From contig JAWOAU010000011.1 of assembly GCA_046498385.1 (NCBI GenBank), positions 4,315-68,314 on the forward strand: 64,000 nucleotides of DNA, written 5' to 3'. Source of the DNA: Thermoplasmata archaeon. Lineage in GTDB: Archaea; Thermoplasmatota; Thermoplasmata; Halarchaeoplasmatales; Halarchaeoplasmataceae. Position numbers and translations under genes: made by a program. Under the pieces are notes generated by a model that did no database searches, was not told the DNA's origin, and saw only the letters and a list, made by a program, of their open reading frames with translations. Shown piece after piece: positions 36,916 through 45,549 of this stretch. Positions within the stretch are counted from its first letter, which is position 1; each line of letters opens with the position of its first letter.

Positions 36916-37932
36916 GTGGCCCAGAGACTCATCGAGTTGGTGGTACCTGCACACTTTGAGGACGATGTAGAACAACTTCTCGAAAAGGACGACAAGGTAT
37001 TTGATTTTTGGTGCGCAAGGGCATCCGGTGAAAAGGTTCAGTTCAAGATCTTAGTGGATGCCGAGGAAAGTCAAACCGTCATCGATCAGCTAGAAAATAA
37101 TTATGACACCACTGAGGGATTCAGACTTTTGATGTTCCATGTAGAGGCCTCCCTACCTATTCAAAAGGAGGAGGAAAAAGAGGAGGAAAAGGAAAAAAAA
37201 GAGGATGATGATGGGGAGGAGACACGTGGAGTTAGCAGGGTAGAACTGTACACGGCGGCGTCGGACCAGATAAAACTGTCAAGCGTGTATCTGCTGCTGA
37301 TGGGGCTATCCGCTATAGTCGCCGCTATCGGTGTTCTTAGAAGCGACGTAGCGGTCATTATCGGTGCTATGGTGATCGCACCACTCCTGGGACCTAATGT
37401 AGGTTTATCACTGGCAACTACTCTGGCGGATTCGCAACTAGCTAAGAAAGCAATAAGAACCAACCTTGCAGGTGTCCTTCTATCATTCGTCATAGCAGTG
37501 ATCATAGGAATTCTATTCACAGAGAATCCAACCGGGTCCGTGGAATTGATGGCTAGAACAAATGTGGGATACGGCGACGTGGCTTTAGCCTTGGCCGCCG
37601 GTAGTGCCGGAGCTTTGGCATACACCCGAAGTATACCTGCGGCTCTGATCGGAGTTATGGTGGCAATAGCTCTGGTTCCGACCATAGTCACATCCGGCCT
37701 TTTACTGGGTGCCGGCTATTTTACTCTTTCCTTCTACGCATTGATGTTGTTTTTGATAAATTTAATTTGTATAAACCTATCCGGTGTGTTCACTTTCTTG
37801 ATGCAGGGCTTCACCCCTAGTCAGTGGTGGAAAGCGGATAAAGCAAAGAAATTGACTCGACTAGCTATCGCCATCTGGGTAGCTTTATTACTCTTTCTAG
37901 TTGGTGTGATCTCTTATCTGAGATTTTTGTAA
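36916..37932 (+). CDS. DUF389/TIGR00341-like membrane protein (a soluble N-terminal domain, an acidic low-complexity linker, and a C-terminal multi-TM domain)
   Basis: An acidic linker KEEEKEEEKEKKEDDDGEE is followed by about six transmembrane helices (AIVAAIGVL..., VIIGAMVIAPLLGPN...). Confidence 0.45.
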   Translation: MAQRLIELVVPAHFEDDVEQLLEKDDKVFDFWCARASGEKVQFKILVDAEESQTVIDQLENNYDTTEGFRLLMFHVEASLPIQKEEEKEEEKEKKEDDDGEETRGVSRVELYTAASDQIKLSSVYLLLMGLSAIVAAIGVLRSDVAVIIGAMVIAPLLGPNVGLSLATTLADSQLAKKAIRTNLAGVLLSFVIAVIIGILFTENPTGSVELMARTNVGYGDVALALAAGSAGALAYTRSIPAALIGVMVAIALVPTIVTSGLLLGAGYFTLSFYALMLFLINLICINLSGVFTFLMQGFTPSQWWKADKAKKLTRLAIAIWVALLLFLVGVISYLRFL

Positions 37933-38133
37933 AAAAAGAAGGGGAGGGGGCTAGACTGGAAGGATGGTGGGATGGGATGCACTCTAACCGACTAGCCCGA
38001 GTTATCCCCTGTATGTAGTTTATTTCCTTAAGGGCCATATATATTTTGTGGTAAAAATATCGATCTGCCAGGGGAAGCTTTAAATACCATATCCAAAAAA
38101 AAGAAAAAAAAGGTCTTTTTTGTTGTCATACCT

Positions 38134-39075
38134 TCAGTCTCTCGTACCTTCCCCTTTGACAACGAATACGGCCTCTCCGTCAGGCAGGTTAGGTGAATCC
38201 ACCAGCCGAGCTATACGTTTGTTCCCCTTGCTCTTTCGAAGATATATCCTAAAGGTAGCGGTATGTCCTAGTATGTGTCCGCCTATAGGCTTAGTAGGAT
38301 CTCCGAAGAATTGATCTGGATTGGCCGATACCTGATTGGTCACAACTATCGCCGAGTTGAACCTGTCGGCAAAGCGCAGTAACTTATGTAGGTGTTTGTT
38401 CAAAGTCTGCTGTCTCTCGGCCAACGCCCCTCTGCCGACGTACTCCGCCCTGAAGTGAGATGTAAGTGAGTCCACTACCAGCAGTTTTATCGGTGCCTCT
38501 TCGGCTACTTCCAAGGCCTTCTCGGCAAGCAGCATCTGGTGATGGGAGTTGAAGGCCCGTGCCACTTTGATCTTTTTCAAGACCTCTTCTGGATCTTGAT
38601 CTAATCCTTCTGCCATCTGGATTATCCTTTCCGGTCGGAAACTGTTTTCCGTATCGATTATGATGACCTCGCCTTCCAGTCCCCCTTCACTTTTGGGCAT
38701 GGTAGCAGTCACCGCCAGCTGATGGACTAGTTGTGTCTTACCTGAGCCGTACTCTCCGAAAAATTCGGTTATCGATCTGGTCTCCACACCTCCGCCGAGC
38801 AGCGAATCCATGGATTCGGCACACGTGGTCAGCTTTCCGATTTCCTTTCGTTTTTCCATTACTTGGTCCCCAGTTTCGAAATCTCCTATATCTGCGGAAG
38901 CTTTTGCAGCGTTTATTATCTTTGCAGCGGTGGCTTCACCTATCTCTGCAACGTCGGATAACACTCTCGGGGATTCCACGGCGATGGCCAAGTAATCCTT
39001 GTAACCTGCTTCGATGAGCTTCTCTGCAGTTGCGGGTCCTACTCCTGGCAACTCTTGTATTTCTTCTTTGCTCAT
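38134..39075 (-). CDS. radA: DNA repair and recombination protein RadA
   Basis: The N-terminal HhH ([12 protein letters not shown]), Walker [10 protein letters not shown] and Walker B LLVVDS are present. The protein is 313 aa. Confidence 0.95.
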   Translation of the reverse strand: MSKEEIQELPGVGPATAEKLIEAGYKDYLAIAVESPRVLSDVAEIGEATAAKIINAAKASADIGDFETGDQVMEKRKEIGKLTTCAESMDSLLGGGVETRSITEFFGEYGSGKTQLVHQLAVTATMPKSEGGLEGEVIIIDTENSFRPERIIQMAEGLDQDPEEVLKKIKVARAFNSHHQMLLAEKALEVAEEAPIKLLVVDSLTSHFRAEYVGRGALAERQQTLNKHLHKLLRFADRFNSAIVVTNQVSANPDQFFGDPTKPIGGHILGHTATFRIYLRKSKGNKRIARLVDSPNLPDGEAVFVVKGEGTRD

Positions 39076-39141
39076 TTTATCGGCCTCCTTTAGCGAATAT
39101 TCCTTTATAACCTTTTGTCAGAGGGTAGGGTGAAAGTGGCT

Positions 39142-39552
39142 TCACACATCGAAGATCACCCTGATCTTTCCCTCTCTATCGACCAATATTTCATGATATG
39201 AAACCGCCTTAATAGCGGTATCTAAGGGGTGCTTATCCAAGTCTATCTCCTCACCTCTGCACACCGCCTCAAGTGTGAACTCTTTGCTTTCTTGTATCCT
39301 TACTTGGAATTCGCAGAACAGCATACTTTTCACCTCGAACATGAATACGAATTCAGATAGAAAGTCGACTAAAAGAGTCTCCAAAGAATCACTGGCAGCC
39401 TTGATCTCGTGTTTCTCACGAGGTTCCACGGTATCTATATCCGTAAAAACGTCGAACATACCCTTTGCCGCTTCCTGGAATGCCTTTTCCAAATTATCTC
39501 CCCATGCCTCCAACCCTATGTCGGCGGTATGTTCGAACTGTTTATAGGGCAT
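39142..39552 (-). CDS. Archease
   Basis: The N-terminal signature is MPYKQFEHTADIGLEAWG. The protein is 136 aa. Confidence 0.85.
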   Translation of the reverse strand: MPYKQFEHTADIGLEAWGDNLEKAFQEAAKGMFDVFTDIDTVEPREKHEIKAASDSLETLLVDFLSEFVFMFEVKSMLFCEFQVRIQESKEFTLEAVCRGEEIDLDKHPLDTAIKAVSYHEILVDREGKIRVIFDV

Positions 39553-39556
39553 GATC

Positions 39557-40024
39557 TCATCTCATGGACAGCAGGTTCATCTTTCTGCTTTTGTCGTACT
39601 TCCTTGTTAGAGTAACGTCATCAAAGACCAGTATGACCATCTCCACGACATTGAAAATCGTACCGTTATCAAGGTGCCCTCCACGGAGCATATGATCCTC
39701 CCCTGAGATGCTGGCATGAAGATGTATGGTTCCTTCGTCGCTTATGCTGCCGCCGAGGTTCACCAGTTCCATGGGTTCGTGGAAATTTTCCCAGGAATAC
39801 TCGCCGTTCTTGCTGTTGTAGTACCCAAGCTTAAAATCCTTTAACATACCTATCCCAGATACCACCATACCACTGTTTCGGTCCAATTCCGAAAGTATGT
39901 CCTTGATATCTTGAAATATATTCGCACCGTGATCCAGCTTAGCGACCACGATATTTTTTTCTATCTTATAATCCATGTTATCGATATGTGATTGCGTACC
40001 TAGGTAATAAACATTATTTTTCAT
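39557..40024 (-). CDS. PPC/DUF296-domain protein
   Basis: The segments MVVSGIGMLKDFKLGYY ... HLHASISGEDHMLRGGHL match the DUF296 pattern. Confidence 0.5.
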   Translation of the reverse strand: MKNNVYYLGTQSHIDNMDYKIEKNIVVAKLDHGANIFQDIKDILSELDRNSGMVVSGIGMLKDFKLGYYNSKNGEYSWENFHEPMELVNLGGSISDEGTIHLHASISGEDHMLRGGHLDNGTIFNVVEMVILVFDDVTLTRKYDKSRKMNLLSMR

Positions 40025-40187
40025 CCAACGTTCAGTTGATCACTTGTGGATCCTTCCCTCCCTGGCGGAAGGGGCTTCCAAAGAAGTTTGACGGGTATTT
40101 TACGACGCCATCCTTATTCTCTGTAGCGTATCCATTTTTGAAAATACCGATGATACCACCGTTGTTGAATACTGGATAGGTATTTTT

Positions 40188-41126
40188 TCATTTCAAAGGC
40201 CGTGCATGGATACCCAATTCACCCTCCACCGCCGAGCAGAATTCCTTACCACTGCCGTGCACGGTAAGGACCTCCTCCGGATCGCACTTTTCAACAAACT
40301 CCATCAGCTCATCGAATCCTGCATGGTCTGATAACGGAAACTGAGCGTCTATGTCCTTACTTCTGAAAAAGGAATAGAATGCACACCAGCCTGATAGATA
40401 TGCGATGTTTCCATTTTTTTTACGAGCGAGCCCGGCAAAACCGGACGATGGTTTTTTCAACTCCGCCGGGGTGACCACCGCTGTAAAATTATCTTGGGGT
40501 TCATCGGTCCTGTATTCTAGGTCCACACCGTGATCTCTGTATATATCACATATATCCGCTATCTTCTTTGGCACCGATGGAGTTTTTCCCATGGAGTTCA
40601 GGATGGCAATGGTCTCCTGTGCCTTGCCGAACTCGTAGGCACCGAAGACCACGGGTCCTTCGTTGAGCATCATCTTCGTCCACACTTTAAGGTCCTCTTC
40701 CACCTTGTTCTTCGGAGGTAACCTGTACTTTTTTTTCCCGTAAGTTGTTTCTATGATCAGGGTCTCACACCTCCGAGGTTCCGCTTTGCCGCATGTCATG
40801 CCGCCCAGAGTGTTGAAATCACCCGTATAAAGAATATCGCCTACGCTTATCATCGCGGAGCCGAACACATGCCCTGCGGGTGAGAGTGTGATATCTTCAA
40901 AACCTCCTATGCAGATATCTTCACCGTAGGGAACGGGTTTCCCCCTGCGTTCTCCCAGGCGTACTTCCAATATATCCAGTGTATGGGGTGTCATGTAGGC
41001 GTCCTTGACCAGATGGTCGAGATGTCCGTGGGTGACTATACCTATATCACTCTGGTGTGATGGATCCAGCAGCAGTTTTTTATTTCCTTCCCTGAGGACT
41101 ATGCCTCGTTCATATCCTATATTCAT
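40188..41126 (-). CDS. Metallo-beta-lactamase-fold hydrolase (beta-CASP-like nuclease family)
   Basis: The HxHxDH motif (VTHGHLDHL) and downstream D/H motifs are present. The protein is 312 aa. Confidence 0.6.
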   Translation of the reverse strand: MNIGYERGIVLREGNKKLLLDPSHQSDIGIVTHGHLDHLVKDAYMTPHTLDILEVRLGERRGKPVPYGEDICIGGFEDITLSPAGHVFGSAMISVGDILYTGDFNTLGGMTCGKAEPRRCETLIIETTYGKKKYRLPPKNKVEEDLKVWTKMMLNEGPVVFGAYEFGKAQETIAILNSMGKTPSVPKKIADICDIYRDHGVDLEYRTDEPQDNFTAVVTPAELKKPSSGFAGLARKKNGNIAYLSGWCAFYSFFRSKDIDAQFPLSDHAGFDELMEFVEKCDPEEVLTVHGSGKEFCSAVEGELGIHARPLK

Positions 41127-41129
41127 CTT

Positions 41130-41534
41130 TTACTTCTCCTGATCAAATTCAAAGTGATATCTGGTGGGGACCCGTCTTTTTAAAGAGGTCCAGTAAGGGC
41201 ATTGGGTGCACCTGTATCCCAGTGTGACCGTACCGCCGAATATTGTTTCGTTCTTAGTTGTTTTGAGTTTACCACCACATACAGGACACTTTCCTCTCAA
41301 GCTCTTTACCTTATCTTTCTGCCGTGCATCGATACTCACCTTCAGAAAAGGTGCCCTCGCGGCCATTTTTCTAAGTCTTTCCCGGCTTATGGTGTAAGAA
41401 GGGTCCCGGTTCTTCAATTCCTTTAAGATAAGAGTACGCAACTTGGTAAGAGAATTGATCCCCTTCATCCTCCGCATGACCGACCGCAGAGCATCTAGTA
41501 CCTCTTCGTCATCGGGAATCGAGTAGGGCATCAA
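41130..41534 (-). CDS. Hypothetical zinc-ribbon protein
   Basis: The pattern CPVCGGK...CTQCPYW suggests a zinc ribbon. Confidence 0.4.
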   Translation of the reverse strand: MMPYSIPDDEEVLDALRSVMRRMKGINSLTKLRTLILKELKNRDPSYTISRERLRKMAARAPFLKVSIDARQKDKVKSLRGKCPVCGGKLKTTKNETIFGGTVTLGYRCTQCPYWTSLKRRVPTRYHFEFDQEK

Positions 41535-41567
41535 AGGGGGTATCGCGGTAGGATTACTTATTTTTAT

Positions 41568-41969
41568 CTATTTAGTACTCTTGTAAAGCTTGACCACGCT
41601 TTCCACAGCATTTTTCGCCCTTTCTATACGCTGTTCGGCCTGCATCCTCGTCATACCCGGACCAGTTATACCTAGGCTCACCGGCTTACCGTAATCCAGG
41701 GACAGGTCCGCTATCTTCCGTGCGGCGTGAGAGATCACGGTTTCGTCGTGATCTGTTTCTCCCTTTATCACGGCACCCAAGGTGACCACGCCGTCGATAT
41801 CCTTATTCTCCAGCAGCTTTTTGATAACCAGCGGCATATCGAATACCCCGGGAACGTGCTTTATCTCTTTTACCTCTATTCCAAGGAATTTAGCATGTTC
41901 CTTTGCCCTCTCGAGCATCATGTGCGTTATGTCGTAGTTGAATTCCGACACTACTATTCCTATTTTCAT
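41568..41969 (-). CDS. ribH: 6,7-dimethyl-8-ribityllumazine synthase
   Basis: The sequence [26 protein letters not shown]...[16 protein letters not shown] matches lumazine synthase. Confidence 0.85.
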   Translation of the reverse strand: MKIGIVVSEFNYDITHMMLERAKEHAKFLGIEVKEIKHVPGVFDMPLVIKKLLENKDIDGVVTLGAVIKGETDHDETVISHAARKIADLSLDYGKPVSLGITGPGMTRMQAEQRIERAKNAVESVVKLYKSTK

Positions 41970-41982
41970 ATCTATTCACCTT

Positions 41983-42444
41983 TTATCTAATTGGTTCTGC
42001 ATCGGGATGTCCTTCCCGCTGACCGGTACCGGCCATCCTCTGAAGCCTTTCTTGCCTAAAGAGCAGGTCGTAGGCGTTCGCCGCGTGTTCTCTTGCTCTG
42101 TTGTGGGCAAGTCGGCCCAGTTCTTTATCGTCATCTGCTTCGTCTTCGTGGACGAAGACCTCCAGTATGTGTACATCGTGCTTTATCTCTACCTGCAGCA
42201 GTGCACGGGACGCCTGGTCCGCACACTGCTTGTCTATGGGTTCGGGACCGGGCATCCCGAGAGCTAGTACCAGATCGCACCCCATTTCAATGAGTTTCTG
42301 GGATGCTATGGCAAGGTCTTTGATCCCGGGTACAGTATATCTTTTAACCTTAAAACCTGTTCCCATGGAATTGAGCTCGTTCACCACACTGCGGTACATA
42401 TCGCACCTGGCGAAGGTAGTATCCGCAACTCCTATTGTCTTCAT
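41983..42444 (-). CDS. ribC: Archaeal-type riboflavin synthase
   Basis: The sequence MKTIGVADTTFAR...GCDLVLALGMPG matches the archaeal enzyme. The track ORF extends to 42486. Confidence 0.75.
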   Translation of the reverse strand: MKTIGVADTTFARCDMYRSVVNELNSMGTGFKVKRYTVPGIKDLAIASQKLIEMGCDLVLALGMPGPEPIDKQCADQASRALLQVEIKHDVHILEVFVHEDEADDDKELGRLAHNRAREHAANAYDLLFRQERLQRMAGTGQREGHPDAEPIR

Positions 42445-42899
42445 CGGCCTTCCACCTGCTCTAGTTCTTTTTTCATACTGTACCAATCCACTATCTTTCG
42501 AATTATCTTCCTGGTACCGTCGAGATCGTCTTTGTAGTGTTGCATCCTTACCACGTTCGCTCTTATCCCTCTCTCTTTCAGTTCCTTCTGTATGGTCCCT
42601 TCCTCGTGGATCTGATCGTATCCCAATGCGATAATATCCGGCCCGATCTCTTCAACGGTGCGGTACTTGTCCTCCTCATGCCCCACTATCACTTCGTCTA
42701 CCGGCTTTAGGGCTGCCACCATCTCCGCCCTCACGTCCTCTTTCATCAATGGTTCGTGTTTTTGCTTCCTCACCGTTTCATCGCAGGCAACCACCACTAT
42801 CAACCGCTCTCCCAATTTTTTTGCTTCTTTAAGGTAATGTACGTGTCCGAGATGTAAAATATCGAATACTCCTACCGCCATCACCTTTTTATCAGCCAT
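42441..42899 (-). CDS. ribL: Archaeal CTP-dependent FAD synthetase RibL (cytidylyltransferase fold)
   Basis: The sequence VMAVGVFDILHLGHVHYLKEAKKLG matches RibL. The start is chosen at MADKK, 2 nt after the ribB stop. The track gives 42923. Confidence 0.75.
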   Translation of the reverse strand: MADKKVMAVGVFDILHLGHVHYLKEAKKLGERLIVVVACDETVRKQKHEPLMKEDVRAEMVAALKPVDEVIVGHEEDKYRTVEEIGPDIIALGYDQIHEEGTIQKELKERGIRANVVRMQHYKDDLDGTRKIIRKIVDWYSMKKELEQVEGR

Positions 42900-43593
42900 T
42901 ATTTTCCTCCCACACCGATACAAGGTCCCTTCCTTCGATCAATGGAATATCGTTTTCTTCTCCATATATGGAAGCCTCCTCTTCGGACATACTTCCACCA
43001 CCGTCTGAGAGCATCTCGCAGATGGTCATACTGGGATATAGAGAAGTCAGGCTTAATATGTATGTAGCCAGTTCGGTGTGTCCCATCCTCTCATCCAGTA
43101 AACCTTCAGAAGCGTTCAGTAAAAAAACATGACCCGGAGTACGGAATTCTTTTCCGAATTCTACCGATGCCTCTCCTTGTTTCATATCTTTTATTCTTTC
43201 TCCTAAAACAGCCATGCGTTTGATGGTCAGAGACCGGTCCAAATCGGTGATTCCTGTGAATGTATCACGATGGTTTACCGAGAGAGAGAAGGTAGATTTC
43301 TCGTCATATGGTATGTCGTCGGCCTCCATGTATCTGAGTATTTCAAACCTGTCCGATGAATGAGTGTATATATCCTGCAGATAGGGCAGTGTCAACTTGC
43401 TCCATGTATCTTGTGGTATGGTTACACAGATAAGCCCGCCGGCGTCCTGCCTCAGCCTCCTCACCTTTCGCGGAGTGATCTTTTGTGAGGGTGTGACAAG
43501 GTCTACTTCCTCCTCTCTACCATCGGAGTCGTATATCATAACGAACCCTCCTTTCTTTAACCTGCCTACCGCTTCTTCCACCGTGTCGAGCAT
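42892..43593 (-). CDS. ribB: 3,4-dihydroxy-2-butanone-4-phosphate synthase
   Basis: The sequence GGFVMIYDSDGREEEVDLV...RMGHTELA matches the enzyme. The protein is 233 aa. Confidence 0.85.
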   Translation of the reverse strand: MLDTVEEAVGRLKKGGFVMIYDSDGREEEVDLVTPSQKITPRKVRRLRQDAGGLICVTIPQDTWSKLTLPYLQDIYTHSSDRFEILRYMEADDIPYDEKSTFSLSVNHRDTFTGITDLDRSLTIKRMAVLGERIKDMKQGEASVEFGKEFRTPGHVFLLNASEGLLDERMGHTELATYILSLTSLYPSMTICEMLSDGGGSMSEEEASIYGEENDIPLIEGRDLVSVWEENNG

Positions 43594-43706
43594 GCTCGTG
43601 GAATAATTTTGGGTTATAATAGAGTTTTGGTTTGCACGGTATAAGGGCAGTTAACGACGTTGTGCGTTCCCCAAAACGTAAATTCCGGATTTGTAATATC
43701 GTGTAG

Positions 43707-44096
43707 ATGATACAACTCTCCACGGTGATGGTTTTCTCATACGATTATCGAAATAGCTTGATAGTAGATTCGCTATGTGGATACTTCACAACATGCTGCC
43801 TTTTCCTTTTGTTCGTGGCTATCATCATGATCATATATTATCTCATAAAGCCGGGCCGGCTTAGAGTCGTTTCATGGAAAAGCAAACAATGTCCAAACTG
43901 TGGGATACCCTTGAAATACGAGGGTGAAAGATGCCCGCGGTGCGGCGGGATACAGACGGAAGAAAAAAAGACATCTTCTTTTTTCTCAAAATTTACTCGC
44001 AAGGGTAAGAAGAGGTGTGAGGAATGTGATGTAGAGATGATCCGCCAAGAGGAGATCGACGCCTGGTATTGTCCCTCCTGCCGTACTTATAAATGA
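43707..44096 (+). CDS. Hypothetical membrane protein with a C-terminal zinc ribbon
   Basis: Two transmembrane helices are followed by CPNCG...CPRCGG and a C..C...CPSC pattern. Confidence 0.4.
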   Translation: MIQLSTVMVFSYDYRNSLIVDSLCGYFTTCCLFLLFVAIIMIIYYLIKPGRLRVVSWKSKQCPNCGIPLKYEGERCPRCGGIQTEEKKTSSFFSKFTRKGKKRCEECDVEMIRQEEIDAWYCPSCRTYK

Positions 44097-44104
44097 AAAA
44101 TATA

Positions 44105-45109
44105 TTATGGTGGAAGGCCGGATCTTTCCATCATAAAGATCATGGTCGCGGATAGGACAGGGATGATCACGTTATCCTCGTTGAGTATCTCCAGGTATCC
44201 CTTGAAATATATCCCCTCAACGAACATCACCACCGATGCGGCGGCGAATGCGGTCACGGGCTGCACCAGCAAAGATGCCACCACCCCGCTTAAGATCGCC
44301 CCTACTATATGCCCTTCGATGTTCTTATCTTTGCTGAGAGGGTGCTTGACGGTTCCGAAGTGAGTGCCTACGACATGGGAAGTGGAGTCACCTACGGCCA
44401 GAATCAGCAGTGCCGCTCCTATTATGTGCTCCTGAAAGAACAAAGATATCGCAAAGGCACCGAGGAAAAACAAAAAGCAGCCTTTTCCCGGAAATTCATA
44501 CCGGAGTTCCTTTCTTTCGAACTTATCCAAAAACCAGTGGATAACGGGGATATCGATTTTTCTAGAGGTCCACACCGTTGTTCCTCCGATAACCAAAATC
44601 ATCAAAAATGTCCTAGACACCGGCGGCAGAGGTTCCAACGGTATGTAGGATCCGATTTCGCCCAAGAAACCTTTGATCAACAGCACCACAAGGGATATCC
44701 CTAACAATGCGTGAAAAAGCTGTCTTTTTAGCTCTGTTTCTTCTATGATAAATTTATAATTCAAGAATGCCAACCCTACAAGATATCCTACCATGGCACC
44801 GAATATTATATCGCTTAAGTAATGTGCCCCCAAGTAGAGCCTTGAGACGGCTACCAAGAGTCCGAAAGATATCCAAAGTCCTTTGTATCTGGGAAGTACT
44901 TTTATCAATATCGGGATCGCCGCAAAGGCCACGGCGGTGTAACCGCATAGAAAGGAGCACTGCCATATCTTTAACGATACACCTATCAGTTCTATCTTTC
45001 CGGGCATGGTTCTCGTAAAGGCGTTCTGAAACCCGATGGCCACGAAGGTACCGAAGAGGATAGAGGCCATCAAAGGTGGCGTCCACCATATCTTGTCGTT
45101 TTTCCACAA
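44105..45109 (-). CDS. Polytopic membrane protein with PAP2-like phosphatase motif 3 (SRLYLGAHYLSD) fused to a polyprenol/dolichol-kinase-like (CdsA-superfamily) C-terminal domain
   Basis: About 10 transmembrane helices are predicted. The C-terminal segment SKDKNIEGHIVGAILSG resembles the dolichol kinase/CdsA family motif. Confidence 0.45.
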   Translation of the reverse strand: MWKNDKIWWTPPLMASILFGTFVAIGFQNAFTRTMPGKIELIGVSLKIWQCSFLCGYTAVAFAAIPILIKVLPRYKGLWISFGLLVAVSRLYLGAHYLSDIIFGAMVGYLVGLAFLNYKFIIEETELKRQLFHALLGISLVVLLIKGFLGEIGSYIPLEPLPPVSRTFLMILVIGGTTVWTSRKIDIPVIHWFLDKFERKELRYEFPGKGCFLFFLGAFAISLFFQEHIIGAALLILAVGDSTSHVVGTHFGTVKHPLSKDKNIEGHIVGAILSGVVASLLVQPVTAFAAASVVMFVEGIYFKGYLEILNEDNVIIPVLSATMIFMMERSGLPP

Positions 45110-45249
45110 TAAAATATCCCTTGTGTTTCATACTTTTCAACATTTACTAATTTTGTTGAATATCCATCTCCTTCATATAAACCTTGGGCTCAAATTTAAA
45201 AAACTAGTTTCCAAAAGATACTTAACGGTGGGGCAAATCTCGGGTTCGT

Positions 45250-45453
45250 ATGGGAAAAGAAGACGAAGTAAAGATAGAAGAAGTAGGTAAAGGAGAAGAA
45301 ATAGGTGTAAAAGTAGCCGATTGGCTAGCTGAAAAGAACAGGATACCTGAAGGAGTGGTTGAAGGTACCGTTGAGGCGGTGACTGAAAAGGCCATCTTAG
45401 TCAACGACGATTGGATACCAAAAAGCCAGGTTGAAAAGGCTTGGCTACTGTAA
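45250..45453 (+). CDS. Small acidic hypothetical protein (67 aa)
   Basis: It sits in an otherwise empty intergenic region upstream of hdrA and has no recognised motifs. Confidence 0.3.
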   Translation: MGKEDEVKIEEVGKGEEIGVKVADWLAEKNRIPEGVVEGTVEAVTEKAILVNDDWIPKSQVEKAWLL

Positions 45454-45483
45454 TGGGCTGCTGTAATGATTTAATAAACGAAC

Positions 45484-45500
45484 CGAAGGTATTATAAACT
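45484..45500 (+). promoter_or_regulatory. Putative BRE/TATA promoter of the hdrA operon
   Basis: The sequence CGAAGGTATTATAAA lies about 50 nt upstream of the ATG. A GGTAGGT SD-like element lies 4 nt before the ATG. Confidence 0.35.
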
Positions 45501-45549
45501 ACTTGATGTTCCACCCTTCAGAATATCCATTGCCCGATGGTAGGTACAT

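Noticed and set aside
37161-37691. A minus-strand 176-aa ORF rich in Ser/Phe repeats
   Set aside because: It is antisense to the DUF389 gene's acidic KEEEKEEEK linker and TM region, and it is low complexity.
41568-43593. The riboflavin operon ribB-ribL-ribC-ribH as something unusual
   Set aside because: It is the standard archaeal gene set and order with tight coupling. It is annotated as features only.
44754-45143. A 129-aa minus-strand ORF overlapping the start of the PAP2/kinase membrane gene
   Set aside because: It is a different frame of the same region. The longer 334-aa frame has coherent TM topology and motifs.
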